Source: Acinetobacter phage 133. Taken from it: a DNA stretch of 64,000 nucleotides. Below the pieces are notes generated by a model. The model did no database searches. It had not been told where the DNA came from and saw only the letters and a list, made by a program, of their open reading frames with translations. The translations under genes were made by a program, and so were the position numbers. This document shows, one piece after another, positions 9,951 to 18,554 of the stretch (position 1 is its first letter; the number at the start of each line of letters is the position of its first letter). The stretch lies in sequence record HM114315.1; one strand, 5' to 3'.

Positions 9951-10586
9951 TTAGTTTAATATGTGGAAACGTGAATTACGTGATTCACGGATTTGTACGG
10001 TTTTTTGTCGTTTGATGTAATATAACAAACTGTATAATACTCGACGATCGACTTCGCGAGCGATATGAATTTTGGATTTCCAGTCTTTATTCTGCTCAAT
10101 AAAATCCCAAATCCAATATGGGATATTTGTGTAACCTGGTGCAGGGCCCATTAGACTTAGCGTTGGATAGAAACCTGGAGGTAGTTCTTCTGATTCGATC
10201 ACAGGTTGATCCTGAATCGCTTCTGTTGGAGTTTCTTCAACAGGGACTGGTGTTTCTATAGGCTGTGTAACTTCGTCTGATACAGGATCAATGGTGGCTT
10301 CCGGAGTTTCTTCAACAACAGGTTCGACTTTAGGTTCTGCTGCCTGAACTACGATACGCCCATCTTCCTGTGCTAACAATTCGGACATTGTTAGGCCTTC
10401 TGTTTCTTCAGGCATTGGCTCATTATGTAGGGCTTTAATTTCAGCAGTGAATTTTTCAATCATCGCCTCAATAGTCAGGTTCTTTTTAAGCTCAATTCCG
10501 AACCCTTGTGCATATTCTACAAAGGCCTCTTTGGCTTCACGTTTTGGTAACTCAAGTAAAGAGTCGATATATTCTTTATCAATCAT
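9951..10586 (-). CDS. Hypothetical late protein with an acidic Pro/Glu-rich linker, in the hoc/inh position
   Basis: 211 aa ORF with RBS AGGAGA, and a minus-strand TATAAATA 20 nt upstream. No confident homology from inspection. Confidence 0.5.
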   Translation of the reverse strand: MIDKEYIDSLLELPKREAKEAFVEYAQGFGIELKKNLTIEAMIEKFTAEIKALHNEPMPEETEGLTMSELLAQEDGRIVVQAAEPKVEPVVEETPEATIDPVSDEVTQPIETPVPVEETPTEAIQDQPVIESEELPPGFYPTLSLMGPAPGYTNIPYWIWDFIEQNKDWKSKIHIAREVDRRVLYSLLYYIKRQKTVQIRESRNSRFHILN

Positions 10587-10604
10587 GTTAGTCTCCTTTT
10601 AACA

Positions 10605-10616
10605 TATTTATAAATA
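10605..10616. promoter_or_regulatory. Palindromic divergent late promoter pair TATTTATAAATA (plus strand for uvsW, minus strand for the 9951..10586 gene)
   Basis: Contains TATAAATA on both strands. Confidence 0.6.
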
Positions 10617-10655
10617 AGATATAAGCTAAGCCGTAACCCAATATTAGGAGTTCAT

Positions 10656-12152
10656 ATGGACATTAAATTACACTTTTTAGATTATAGCCACGCCCAAATT
10701 GAATGTGATGATGATGTTTACATGATGCTTCGTGATCACCTTTCTTTCTTTGCAGAAGGTTATCAATTCAACCCAAAATTTAAATATGGTCAATGGGATG
10801 GAAAAATCCGTTTACTTGAATATGATCGCAAAGTCCCAATTGGACTAGTTCCACACGTTGCTAAATTTGCGTCCAATATGGATTACTCAATTTGGATCGA
10901 CTCAAATCTAAAATCAAAATCAAATTTATCTCGCGAACTATTTGATAAATGGTTGGGCAAACTTGAAATATATAGCGGCAATACTCGCATCCAACCACAC
11001 TGGTATCAAGCTGATGCAGTATACAAAGCAATCATTGAAAAACGTGCAATCCTGAATTTACCGACATCCGCAGGTAAATCATTAATCCAAGCATTGTTAA
11101 CTCGTTACTACTTACAAACAAAAGAAGGTAAAGTATTAATTCTGGTTCCTAACACTAGTTTGGTGACTCAAATGAAATCGGACCTTGTGGATTATCGTTT
11201 ATTCCATAATGATGACATTGCAGAACTTCGGGGTGGTAAAAAACCTGGTGATGAAGCGGTAGTTATTGCAACTTGGCAATCGGCTATTAAACAACCGATC
11301 GAGTGGTTTGAACAATTCGGAATGTTATTATGTGATGAGATGCACTTGGCCATTGGTAAATCTATTTCCACCATTATTAAAGCGTTAGTTCATTGCGAAT
11401 ATAAAGCTGGTCTTACTGGATCACTGCGTGATGGCAAAGCAAACCTTATGCAATACCAAAGTTTATTTGGCGAAGTATTCAAACCTGTGACCACTACTCA
11501 ATTAATGGAAGAAGGCCAAGTGACCAATCTGGATATTAATTGTATTATCTTAGAGTACTCAGACGCAGTTAAGCAGATTGCCAAAGGGGTGGATTATCAA
11601 AATGAAATTAAGCTGATTACTAGCTATAAGCCGCGCAATACTTTTATTTGTAATGTTGCATTGACTTTAGCCAAAAAAGGGGAAAATGCGTTCTTGATGT
11701 TTAAACACGTTGAACATGGGAAAGCCCTTTACGCGGAATTAAAAGCGAAATATGATAAGGTTTACTATGTATCAGGTGAGGTTGATGCTGACACGCGCGA
11801 TGCTTTAAAACGAATGGCTGAGACTGAGACTGGTGTTATTATTGTGGCCTCTTATGGAGTGTTCTCTACTGGTATTTCGGTCAAGAATTTACATCATGTT
11901 TTATTAGCCCATCCAGTTAAGTCTGCAGTTATTATCAAGCAAACTATTGGACGTGTGTTACGTAAACATGATTCAAAATCGGTAGCTAAGGTATGGGATT
12001 TCATTGATGATTTTTCAACTGTCAAAGTGTCCAAGTCAACCGGCAAATCAAGTCGTTCTAATGCCAACTATGCATTGAAGCATGGATTAGAACGAATCAA
12101 GATTTACATCACTGAAAAGTTCAACTACACAACTAAGAAATTCAAGCTATAG
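10656..12152 (+). CDS. uvsW: UvsW RNA-DNA/DNA helicase (SF2)
   Basis: Aligns with T4 UvsW (MDIK.HF.D.SH, NLPTSAGKSLIQALL, Walker B DEMH, QTIGRVLRKH, VASYGVFSTGISVKNLHHV). Confidence 0.9.
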   Translation: MDIKLHFLDYSHAQIECDDDVYMMLRDHLSFFAEGYQFNPKFKYGQWDGKIRLLEYDRKVPIGLVPHVAKFASNMDYSIWIDSNLKSKSNLSRELFDKWLGKLEIYSGNTRIQPHWYQADAVYKAIIEKRAILNLPTSAGKSLIQALLTRYYLQTKEGKVLILVPNTSLVTQMKSDLVDYRLFHNDDIAELRGGKKPGDEAVVIATWQSAIKQPIEWFEQFGMLLCDEMHLAIGKSISTIIKALVHCEYKAGLTGSLRDGKANLMQYQSLFGEVFKPVTTTQLMEEGQVTNLDINCIILEYSDAVKQIAKGVDYQNEIKLITSYKPRNTFICNVALTLAKKGENAFLMFKHVEHGKALYAELKAKYDKVYYVSGEVDADTRDALKRMAETETGVIIVASYGVFSTGISVKNLHHVLLAHPVKSAVIIKQTIGRVLRKHDSKSVAKVWDFIDDFSTVKVSKSTGKSSRSNANYALKHGLERIKIYITEKFNYTTKKFKL

Positions 12153-12180
12153 AAAAAGGGACCTAGGTCCCTTTTGTTTT
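12153..12180. terminator. Bidirectional terminator after uvsW
   Basis: Perfect palindrome GGGACCTAGGTCCC followed by TTTTGTTTT. The identical element recurs at 54969. Confidence 0.7.
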
Positions 12181-12562
12181 ATCCGAGCGGATGATATCCA
12201 TCGACATCATCATTTTCAGCGAATCGTATTTCTATACGAACATGTAAGTTTTTACGCAGTTTGAATAATCTGGTTACGTTATGACGATTTACAATTGCAG
12301 GTTTTGGACTATTTGAGAAGTCCACAAAATACAGCCCATAATAAGAGATTAAAAAATATTCAATGCTTTTTGACGGCTCAGTCCGCTTAAATGGGATGTT
12401 ATGCATGTATACTCCATCAATCGATACATCAAGAGATCCATCTTCTCGAACGTAGATTGTCACACGTTCAAGTCTGGACTCCTTTGCATTTGGTCGTGTA
12501 TAAAAATACAGAAACATTGATGCAACAACCACTATTACAATTAATGCAAGCCATCCCATCAT
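12179..12562 (-). CDS. Hypothetical membrane protein (N-terminal transmembrane helix)
   Basis: ORF with a hydrophobic N-terminus (WLALIVIVVVASMFLYF), translationally coupled by ATGA overlap. Confidence 0.45.
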   Translation of the reverse strand: MMGWLALIVIVVVASMFLYFYTRPNAKESRLERVTIYVREDGSLDVSIDGVYMHNIPFKRTEPSKSIEYFLISYYGLYFVDFSNSPKPAIVNRHNVTRLFKLRKNLHVRIEIRFAENDDVDGYHPLG

Positions 12563-12831
12563 TCGTCCCTCATTTGGTCATCACATTCTTCGCACATTTT
12601 CATATCAACGAGCTCGTTATAAACACGGATTCCAATTTCACGCCAATGATCACACTGTTCACAACAGAAAACGCGAGTTTCCAAGTGGTCCAGGAATACC
12701 GGAGAATATTGCAGTTCAGGATCTAACACCTGGGCCTTTAATTCAGTGGCCAATGCCTTCGAATAAGTTTCTTCAGAACCCTCTAGTGCTTCGGCAATTA
12801 AATCATATTGATTTTCATTTGGGTATTGCAT
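12559..12831 (-). CDS. Hypothetical Cys-rich small protein
   Basis: ORF in an operon-like array; CCEQC...CEEC suggests metal binding. Confidence 0.4.
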   Translation of the reverse strand: MQYPNENQYDLIAEALEGSEETYSKALATELKAQVLDPELQYSPVFLDHLETRVFCCEQCDHWREIGIRVYNELVDMKMCEECDDQMRDE

Positions 12832-13112
12832 TATACTTTACTCACTATAGAAACATTGCTCCATCCGATGCATATACTTTGTACACCGTTACTATCACCA
12901 CAAATTGAAATGGAGTATCCCTTTTCTTTAAGATCTTTGATAACCAGAGAATACACTGAGCGGTTAGTTAATTGAGGCAACAATTCAACCGAAGCCCAGA
13001 ATTCACCTTTTAATGCGGCGTCATTTATTGCTTGACTACATTGCGCAATTAGACGGTCCTTGCTAGTTTTGGATGCAATGGTGTGCATTTCAACACTATT
13101 TGGAATTGACAT
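12831..13112 (-). CDS. Hypothetical protein
   Basis: ORF coupled to its neighbours with 1 nt overlaps. Confidence 0.4.
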   Translation of the reverse strand: MSIPNSVEMHTIASKTSKDRLIAQCSQAINDAALKGEFWASVELLPQLTNRSVYSLVIKDLKEKGYSISICGDSNGVQSICIGWSNVSIVSKV

Positions 13113-13372
13113 TAAATATCTCCACCCTGTAACACACTACTTAATGATGGATGGCAATGATCGAGAATCATTTTGCGCACAGTCTCTCGATCTTTATATG
13201 GGAAGAAACGTACCAAGTGATCTTCAAGGCTTAACTTGCTTAATCGAATAAAAACTGGTAATAATCCATCGCCGTAGATAAATGACACTGAGCCAACTTC
13301 ATTATCGATTATGATGCTAATTCGCATACCTTCTGAGCTTTTTACGTTTAAACGTGATTTTAAAAGACGCAT
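13112..13372 (-). CDS. Hypothetical protein
   Basis: ORF coupled to its neighbours. Confidence 0.35.
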   Translation of the reverse strand: MRLLKSRLNVKSSEGMRISIIIDNEVGSVSFIYGDGLLPVFIRLSKLSLEDHLVRFFPYKDRETVRKMILDHCHPSLSSVLQGGDI

Positions 13373-13815
13373 TATTTGATCCCCATATTTGAATTGTACA
13401 CTTTGTATGCGGCGTCAAGCCACTGTTCTGGTGTAACTCGTTGCCCTACTTTTGTGGTAAAAAGCGTAATAACTTCACGCTGGGTAGGATTCATTTTAAC
13501 ATCAGTTTCAATACAGAATGGATTATCCAGGGAGCGTTTAAATGTGTGATTTTGATGCAATTCTGCGCCAAACACTTCATTTAATATTTTTTGAATATGA
13601 TTACCCCAATTATTACCCTGATTAATAACTTTGCCAATTACGCAACTTGACCAAAGGTGCATGTTAAACACCACATCACTATCACGAAGTAGCTCAACTT
13701 TATCAATGATCATTTTCAGACCCTTTAAAAGGTCTGTCCGAGAACCGTACATTGTTGCGTAAGTAGTATTAAAGGAATAATTACCTTGAAATTGACTGAC
13801 CATTTTATTTCTCAC
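13372..13815 (-). CDS. Hypothetical protein
   Basis: 147 aa ORF downstream of the uvsY operon terminator. Confidence 0.45.
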   Translation of the reverse strand: MRNKMVSQFQGNYSFNTTYATMYGSRTDLLKGLKMIIDKVELLRDSDVVFNMHLWSSCVIGKVINQGNNWGNHIQKILNEVFGAELHQNHTFKRSLDNPFCIETDVKMNPTQREVITLFTTKVGQRVTPEQWLDAAYKVYNSNMGIK

Positions 13816-13869
13816 GTTGGTTGGAATAAGAGAATATTAAACCGATAGAAATAAAAAGTAAACCCTAAA

Positions 13870-13892
13870 ACGAAAAAAGGTCCGAGGACCTT
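13870..13892 (-). terminator. Intrinsic terminator of the uvsY transcription unit
   Basis: Hairpin AAGGTCCGAGGACCTT followed by a U-run on the minus strand. Confidence 0.6.
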
Positions 13893-14058
13893 ACATCAAT
13901 AATTCAGTTTCTTGAAGTACCGATGCTGTATTTTCTGTGACTGGGATGTCTTGGACATGGTTTAGACATACTCCAGGGTGAACTGGGCCGTGCTCGGTTT
14001 CAACAACCAGGGCTTCATCAATTGGTGTTTTGCACACCGTACAAATAGTCTGTTGCAT
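13891..14058 (-). CDS. Small (55 aa) Cys-containing ORF coupled to uvsY, in the uvsY.-1 position
   Basis: Not in the supplied ORF track (under 60 aa). ATG overlaps the uvsY stop as TAATG. Translation MQQTICTVCKTPIDEALVVETEHGPVHPGVCLNHVQDIPVTENTASVLQETELLM. Confidence 0.4.
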   Translation of the reverse strand: MQQTICTVCKTPIDEALVVETEHGPVHPGVCLNHVQDIPVTENTASVLQETELLM

Positions 14059-14465
14059 TATTTTCCTGCCTCAAATTGTCTTAAGTCGATAATATTCTTA
14101 ATGGCAAACCCTCTAGACTTAATGGCGTCCATCGCATTACCACAGAACTCAAGCATGATTGTGAAGTATTGAATCTTGGTTTCAACTGTTAGAATATCAG
14201 CGTCACCAGATAAAACTGTTTTCATCTCTGAACGTTCATATCGATCCATCGAAACTTCATCACCACGCCCTGAATAATAATCAAGTTTGGTTTTGGTATG
14301 TTTTTTACGTTGTGCATCCAATGATAAAATGCTTTTACGTATATTAGAATATTTAGTAGACCACTTACAATACAAGTTAATATTTTCAGCGGCTTCTGTT
14401 TGTAACTGAGTCATATCAAGGACAAGGTCCTTCTTTAATTCAGCCTGTAAATCTTCAAGTGTCAT
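14058..14465 (-). CDS. uvsY: UvsY recombination mediator
   Basis: Aligns end to end with T4 UvsY (LEDLQ.ELKKD, LDYYSGRGD, SMDRYE.SEMKTVLS.D, AIKSRGFAIK.I.D.R.FEAGK). Confidence 0.9.
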   Translation of the reverse strand: MTLEDLQAELKKDLVLDMTQLQTEAAENINLYCKWSTKYSNIRKSILSLDAQRKKHTKTKLDYYSGRGDEVSMDRYERSEMKTVLSGDADILTVETKIQYFTIMLEFCGNAMDAIKSRGFAIKNIIDLRQFEAGK

Positions 14466-14494
14466 ATTAATACCTAGTTCGCAAGCTCACGGCT

Positions 14495-14526
14495 TCGCCA
14501 TTATGATTCTATTATTTAAAGCAAGT
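14495..14526 (-). promoter_or_regulatory. Putative MotA-dependent middle promoter for uvsY
   Basis: Read on the minus strand: cTTGCTTTAa, 11 nt spacer, CATAAT, about 35 nt upstream of the uvsY ATG. T4 uvsY is a middle gene. Confidence 0.4.
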
Positions 14527-14622
14527 AGAGTATATCTACCGGCGGCCAAAGTAATAGGGGTGAGGGGCAAAGCGTTGCTTTATTATAACGTTGAATTTCC
14601 AATGCGAATGAGCATAAATAGA

Positions 14623-15012
14623 TTACCCTTGATTTAATCTAAATTTAATTTGTTCCAATGTATCTGGGTTGTCCAGAATAGAGAAACGAACTTCGACTAT
14701 CACGGTATTTCTATCATACTCCGGAGTTACTGATACGCGAAGCTGAACCACACGTGGTTCATATGTTCGAATTGATGACATTATAACACGTTCCATTGTA
14801 TCTGCTACAAGAGGAGTCATGTTTTCAAATAATTGATCGGACAAATTACAACCAAATTCTGGATCAAATGGTCTAGAACCTTTGCGGGTTGTAACAATAC
14901 CTAAAATTGAATTTTTTACTGCACGCGCCCCGACAGATTTTGCCAAATCACGATCCCAATTCATTTCCATTCCAGGATTTAAATCCGTATACATTTGGTC
15001 TATATTACTCAT
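14623..15012 (-). CDS. 25: Baseplate wedge protein gp25
   Basis: Aligns with T4 gp25 (GIVTTRKGSRPFDPEFGC.LSDQLFENMTPL.ADT.ER). Start at the internal ATG with GAGG RBS, overlapping the gp26 stop as ATGA. Confidence 0.9.
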   Translation of the reverse strand: MSNIDQMYTDLNPGMEMNWDRDLAKSVGARAVKNSILGIVTTRKGSRPFDPEFGCNLSDQLFENMTPLVADTMERVIMSSIRTYEPRVVQLRVSVTPEYDRNTVIVEVRFSILDNPDTLEQIKFRLNQG

Positions 15013-15641
15013 AATAGAACCTCGATGCATTCCTCAAGTCCCTTTATATGTTTTACCCCTGACTTTCCACAATCACAACTCACTGGTATAGCTAATTGAA
15101 TATATGGGGCCAAAAGGTATTCCTTGATGTTTAATACGTCCTGTACTGAAAATGCTGCTACAAAGTTATCCATTTCCAATTCGGATAAGTCATCTAGTTG
15201 CAAAACATCATTCGATGTGTAAATTCCATCAATGCATGACAAAATAAGATCATACATGTTGTCATCACAGAACATATTGGTTGGATATTTTAATTTTACT
15301 TTGAACCCCTTTAACTGATACATCTCAGAATGCACCGTATCGCTCTGTGGGATCACTTGGTGCAAATGTGTATAGTTTAGTTCAATAGTGCGTTTTGCTC
15401 CACATTCGCACACGTATTGCGTTTTAGGGCGCATCGTTGTGCTTTTCGCTAATAGTGTTACAAAGAGCTGTTCTTTTGAGACTTTGGTTAAGTTTAAACC
15501 TGCAGTAGAGCCTAAAATATCCAGGACGCCCTCTTTAAAAGTCGCGTTCTCTACTGAGGCCAGAAAGTTCATGTATTGACCAAGAGTAATTGCTTTTAAA
15601 TTAAATGTTTCTTGACCAATTTTTATTTCAATTGTATGCAT
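15009..15641 (-). CDS. 26: Baseplate hub subunit gp26
   Basis: Position, length (210 aa versus 208 in T4) and Cys motifs. Minus-strand late promoter upstream. Confidence 0.7.
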   Translation of the reverse strand: MHTIEIKIGQETFNLKAITLGQYMNFLASVENATFKEGVLDILGSTAGLNLTKVSKEQLFVTLLAKSTTMRPKTQYVCECGAKRTIELNYTHLHQVIPQSDTVHSEMYQLKGFKVKLKYPTNMFCDDNMYDLILSCIDGIYTSNDVLQLDDLSELEMDNFVAAFSVQDVLNIKEYLLAPYIQLAIPVSCDCGKSGVKHIKGLEECIEVLL

Positions 15642-15661
15642 ACATACCTCCGCTATTAAGT

Positions 15662-15673
15662 TATTTATAAATA
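15662..15673. promoter_or_regulatory. Palindromic divergent late promoter pair TATTTATAAATA between gene 26 (-) and gene 51 (+)
   Basis: TATAAATA readable on both strands. Confidence 0.6.
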
Positions 15674-15688
15674 AAAAAGAGGTGTACT

Positions 15689-16438
15689 ATGGCAAAAACT
15701 ATTAGATGTATATTACCAGATGGGGTTCATAGATTTGAGCCCTTTACTGTGGCAGATTATAGAGATTTTATCTATATTCGTTTAGAACTTGAAGAACATG
15801 ACCTTGAAGAACAGGCTAAGATTTTGGACGAAGTTACTCAGGATTATTTTGATCTACCTGAATCGTATCGTCATTATGCCTTTCTTAGAAAATTCTTGGC
15901 TAGCATCGGTAAAACTAAATTTCCGATTCTTGTTACGTGTCCAATTTGCGGGGAAGAACATCAAACCGTATTTACAATTGAACAAGATGATTTAGAAGAA
16001 CCTATTATTCAAGTAAGTAATGTCAAGCTTAAATTTAAGTTTCCGGATAAGGATTACGATGATCTGACTAGCTTGGTCTTGGATAACATTAAAGAAGTTG
16101 AAAACGACGGGCAGACATATAATTGGGATACTCTTCCAAAGGAACAGCAAGACGTAATTATTTCGCTTATTGACATGAAAATATTTGAACAGATTGTCCG
16201 TCGACTAAAGCCCATTTATTTTACTTTACGAAGCAAACACTGTGGAAAGATTCATGAAGTGGTGTTCAACAATTTATTATCAATTTTTAAACTGTTAATC
16301 AGCCCAGACGAAATTTTTACATATTATCAAATTAATCATTTATTAGCTAAACATGGATACGATTTAACTGCTGTTATGAACATGATTCCAGCAGAACGTG
16401 GCTATGCGCTATCACTTGTGGATAAGGACCTATCATGA
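15689..16438 (+). CDS. 51: Baseplate hub assembly protein gp51
   Basis: 249 aa, the same length as T4 gp51, with a CPICG Cys motif. Sits between gp26 and gp27. Confidence 0.65.
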   Translation: MAKTIRCILPDGVHRFEPFTVADYRDFIYIRLELEEHDLEEQAKILDEVTQDYFDLPESYRHYAFLRKFLASIGKTKFPILVTCPICGEEHQTVFTIEQDDLEEPIIQVSNVKLKFKFPDKDYDDLTSLVLDNIKEVENDGQTYNWDTLPKEQQDVIISLIDMKIFEQIVRRLKPIYFTLRSKHCGKIHEVVFNNLLSIFKLLISPDEIFTYYQINHLLAKHGYDLTAVMNMIPAERGYALSLVDKDLS

Positions 16439-18006
16439 AAGATGTACAACGTCCCGGATACCCTAACGTCAGTATTAAACTCTATGAAGATTATACGGCA
16501 TGGGGCGAGAACCGTTTTATTGAACTGGCTGCGACCTTTACAACATTAACTCTTCGGGATGGTTTGTATGGTCGCAATGAAGGAATTCTGCAATTCTTTG
16601 ATGCCTATAATTTACATACTCGTATGAATGGTGAACAAATCATTCAAATTTCACTGGCAAATTCAAACAGTGATAACGTACTGACTCGGATTTATGGTAG
16701 CAAAAATACCTCTGTCTCTGTAGACTCTAAAGGTGATAACATTTTGGCCATTAATTTGGAACCTATACACCATGTAGTTAATCAGAAATTTGCTCGTACT
16801 TTCTTCCAGAATGCAACAGAATCAATTCAAGAAATGATTCGAGTAATTTATCTGAACAAAGACCAAATTGCACCAAATGTTGACGGATTAAATGCATTTG
16901 TCCCGCGTGTCCCGTGGGTTTCAAATCTAAAAGATTATATGCAATACGTGCGCGATGTTGGCATGTCGGTTGAACAAGAACAATTTGTATTCACCTGGGA
17001 AGACTTTGCTGGAATTCATGTTGAAGATTATCAGTTTATTATTGATCAGCCTGCAATTGGGTGTGTGGTTGGTGATGAAAACATGATTGGCGAATATGTG
17101 GATCAACTTGACTCCCCGTTAGTGTTCAAATTTCAGTGGTTATCAAAAACCAATCAATTTGTTCGAAACCCATTAGAAAATACCACCTTCTTTTCTCACT
17201 CATTTAACGATAAAGCGCTAGACCGTATTACAACCGGTACGGGAGAAAACAGTGTGTACATCAGTAGATCAGGCGGTTACTCTGAAATGACTTATCGTAA
17301 TGGGTATGAAGAAGCACTACGACTTTGCACTATGGCCCAATACGATGGATATGCAACTTGTCAGTCATATGGCAACTTTGAATTTATGCCTGGTATGAAA
17401 ATGAATTTCAGTGATCCTAAACGGCAATTCAAAACAGATTTCTACATTGACGAAGTTGTGCATGAAATTTCAAATAACTCATCTCGTACACATATCTACA
17501 TGTTCACTAATGGCAAAGAACTAAAACCGGTCGAATTAGTTAAAGTTAAATCACAAAGTCTGGCTGAACAACCAATAATTAATGAGGAACCTCTTGTGGA
17601 AGATGGAAAAGAACTAATCGCTGGATCGTGGGACCTAAATCGATTATGCACAACTGCTTTAGCGAATGCAGCGGGTCGTAAGTCAACAGGTGATTGTGCA
17701 AAATACGTACGACTTGCGTTAGAATCGGCGCAAAAGAAAAAGATGTTTAGTGGTGGGCTTGGCCACGCCAATCAAATGTCTTCTCGACTAGTGAAGATGG
17801 GATGGGTTTCAGTAGGGTCCAATATTACATCATGGCAAAAGGGTGATATTTGCGTATTCAGTCGTACTAATACAGAAGCGGGTCAGAAATACGGGCATGT
17901 TGCAATATGGACTGGTGTTAAGTGGGTTTCCGACTTCATCCAAAATCAAATCCAACCAACACGCGGTTCTAATCTCCCTTATACAATTTACCGAGTAAAA
18001 CAATGA
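16435..18006 (+). CDS. 27: Baseplate hub protein gp27 fused to a C-terminal CHAP/NlpC-P60-like cysteine peptidase domain
   Basis: First ~390 aa align with T4 gp27 (QRPGYPN.S.KL, RFIELAAT.TTLT.RD.LYGRNEG.LQF, SRSG.YSEMTYRNGYEEA.RL.TMAQYDGYA). Extra ~130 aa carry CHAP hallmarks: GDCAKYV, then KGDICVF...GHVAIW. Confidence 0.85.
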   Translation: MKDVQRPGYPNVSIKLYEDYTAWGENRFIELAATFTTLTLRDGLYGRNEGILQFFDAYNLHTRMNGEQIIQISLANSNSDNVLTRIYGSKNTSVSVDSKGDNILAINLEPIHHVVNQKFARTFFQNATESIQEMIRVIYLNKDQIAPNVDGLNAFVPRVPWVSNLKDYMQYVRDVGMSVEQEQFVFTWEDFAGIHVEDYQFIIDQPAIGCVVGDENMIGEYVDQLDSPLVFKFQWLSKTNQFVRNPLENTTFFSHSFNDKALDRITTGTGENSVYISRSGGYSEMTYRNGYEEALRLCTMAQYDGYATCQSYGNFEFMPGMKMNFSDPKRQFKTDFYIDEVVHEISNNSSRTHIYMFTNGKELKPVELVKVKSQSLAEQPIINEEPLVEDGKELIAGSWDLNRLCTTALANAAGRKSTGDCAKYVRLALESAQKKKMFSGGLGHANQMSSRLVKMGWVSVGSNITSWQKGDICVFSRTNTEAGQKYGHVAIWTGVKWVSDFIQNQIQPTRGSNLPYTIYRVKQ

Positions 18007-18554
18007 ATATTATAATCCCAACTAAGGTTGTTAAGTATGAATACCATGGTCCAAAAACAGTGGAAATCCCAAAGTTTGGTCTCCTACAATATCGTATGGT
18101 TGGAGACATGACTGATGGTGAAAAGGCCTTAACATTATTGATTGAATCAATTAAAAAGAATGCGTCAAAGGCCGAGCGCGATTTGATCAGTCTTCATATT
18201 TTAGAGTTCAACGATAAAATGTCAGGCGCCGTAGTCAAAGATGGATTTGAATACAATTTAGATAACGTCTATATTAGCCAGAAACTTAAATTTGAAATGG
18301 GTGAATACCTTTTTAAATTCCGTAGTCCAAATGCAGATGAATGTGTAATGCCAATTGACTTATTGTTAAAGTCCTGCTGCACATTGGTGAAGTTCAAAGG
18401 TGAAAAAATTGACACTCCTGATTTTATGGAAATGCCGGCCTTTGTTTTAGAATGGGCGGATAAAATACTAAACACTATTTCTATTGATGGACCAGAGGGT
18501 CCAATTGAAGGATTAGGTAATATAATGGAGTTATTCGATGTCAAGCTTGCGTGA
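18003..18554 (+). CDS. 28: Baseplate hub distal subunit gp28
   Basis: Position after gp27, 183 aa versus 177 in T4, ATGA coupling. Confidence 0.65.
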   Translation: MNIIIPTKVVKYEYHGPKTVEIPKFGLLQYRMVGDMTDGEKALTLLIESIKKNASKAERDLISLHILEFNDKMSGAVVKDGFEYNLDNVYISQKLKFEMGEYLFKFRSPNADECVMPIDLLLKSCCTLVKFKGEKIDTPDFMEMPAFVLEWADKILNTISIDGPEGPIEGLGNIMELFDVKLA

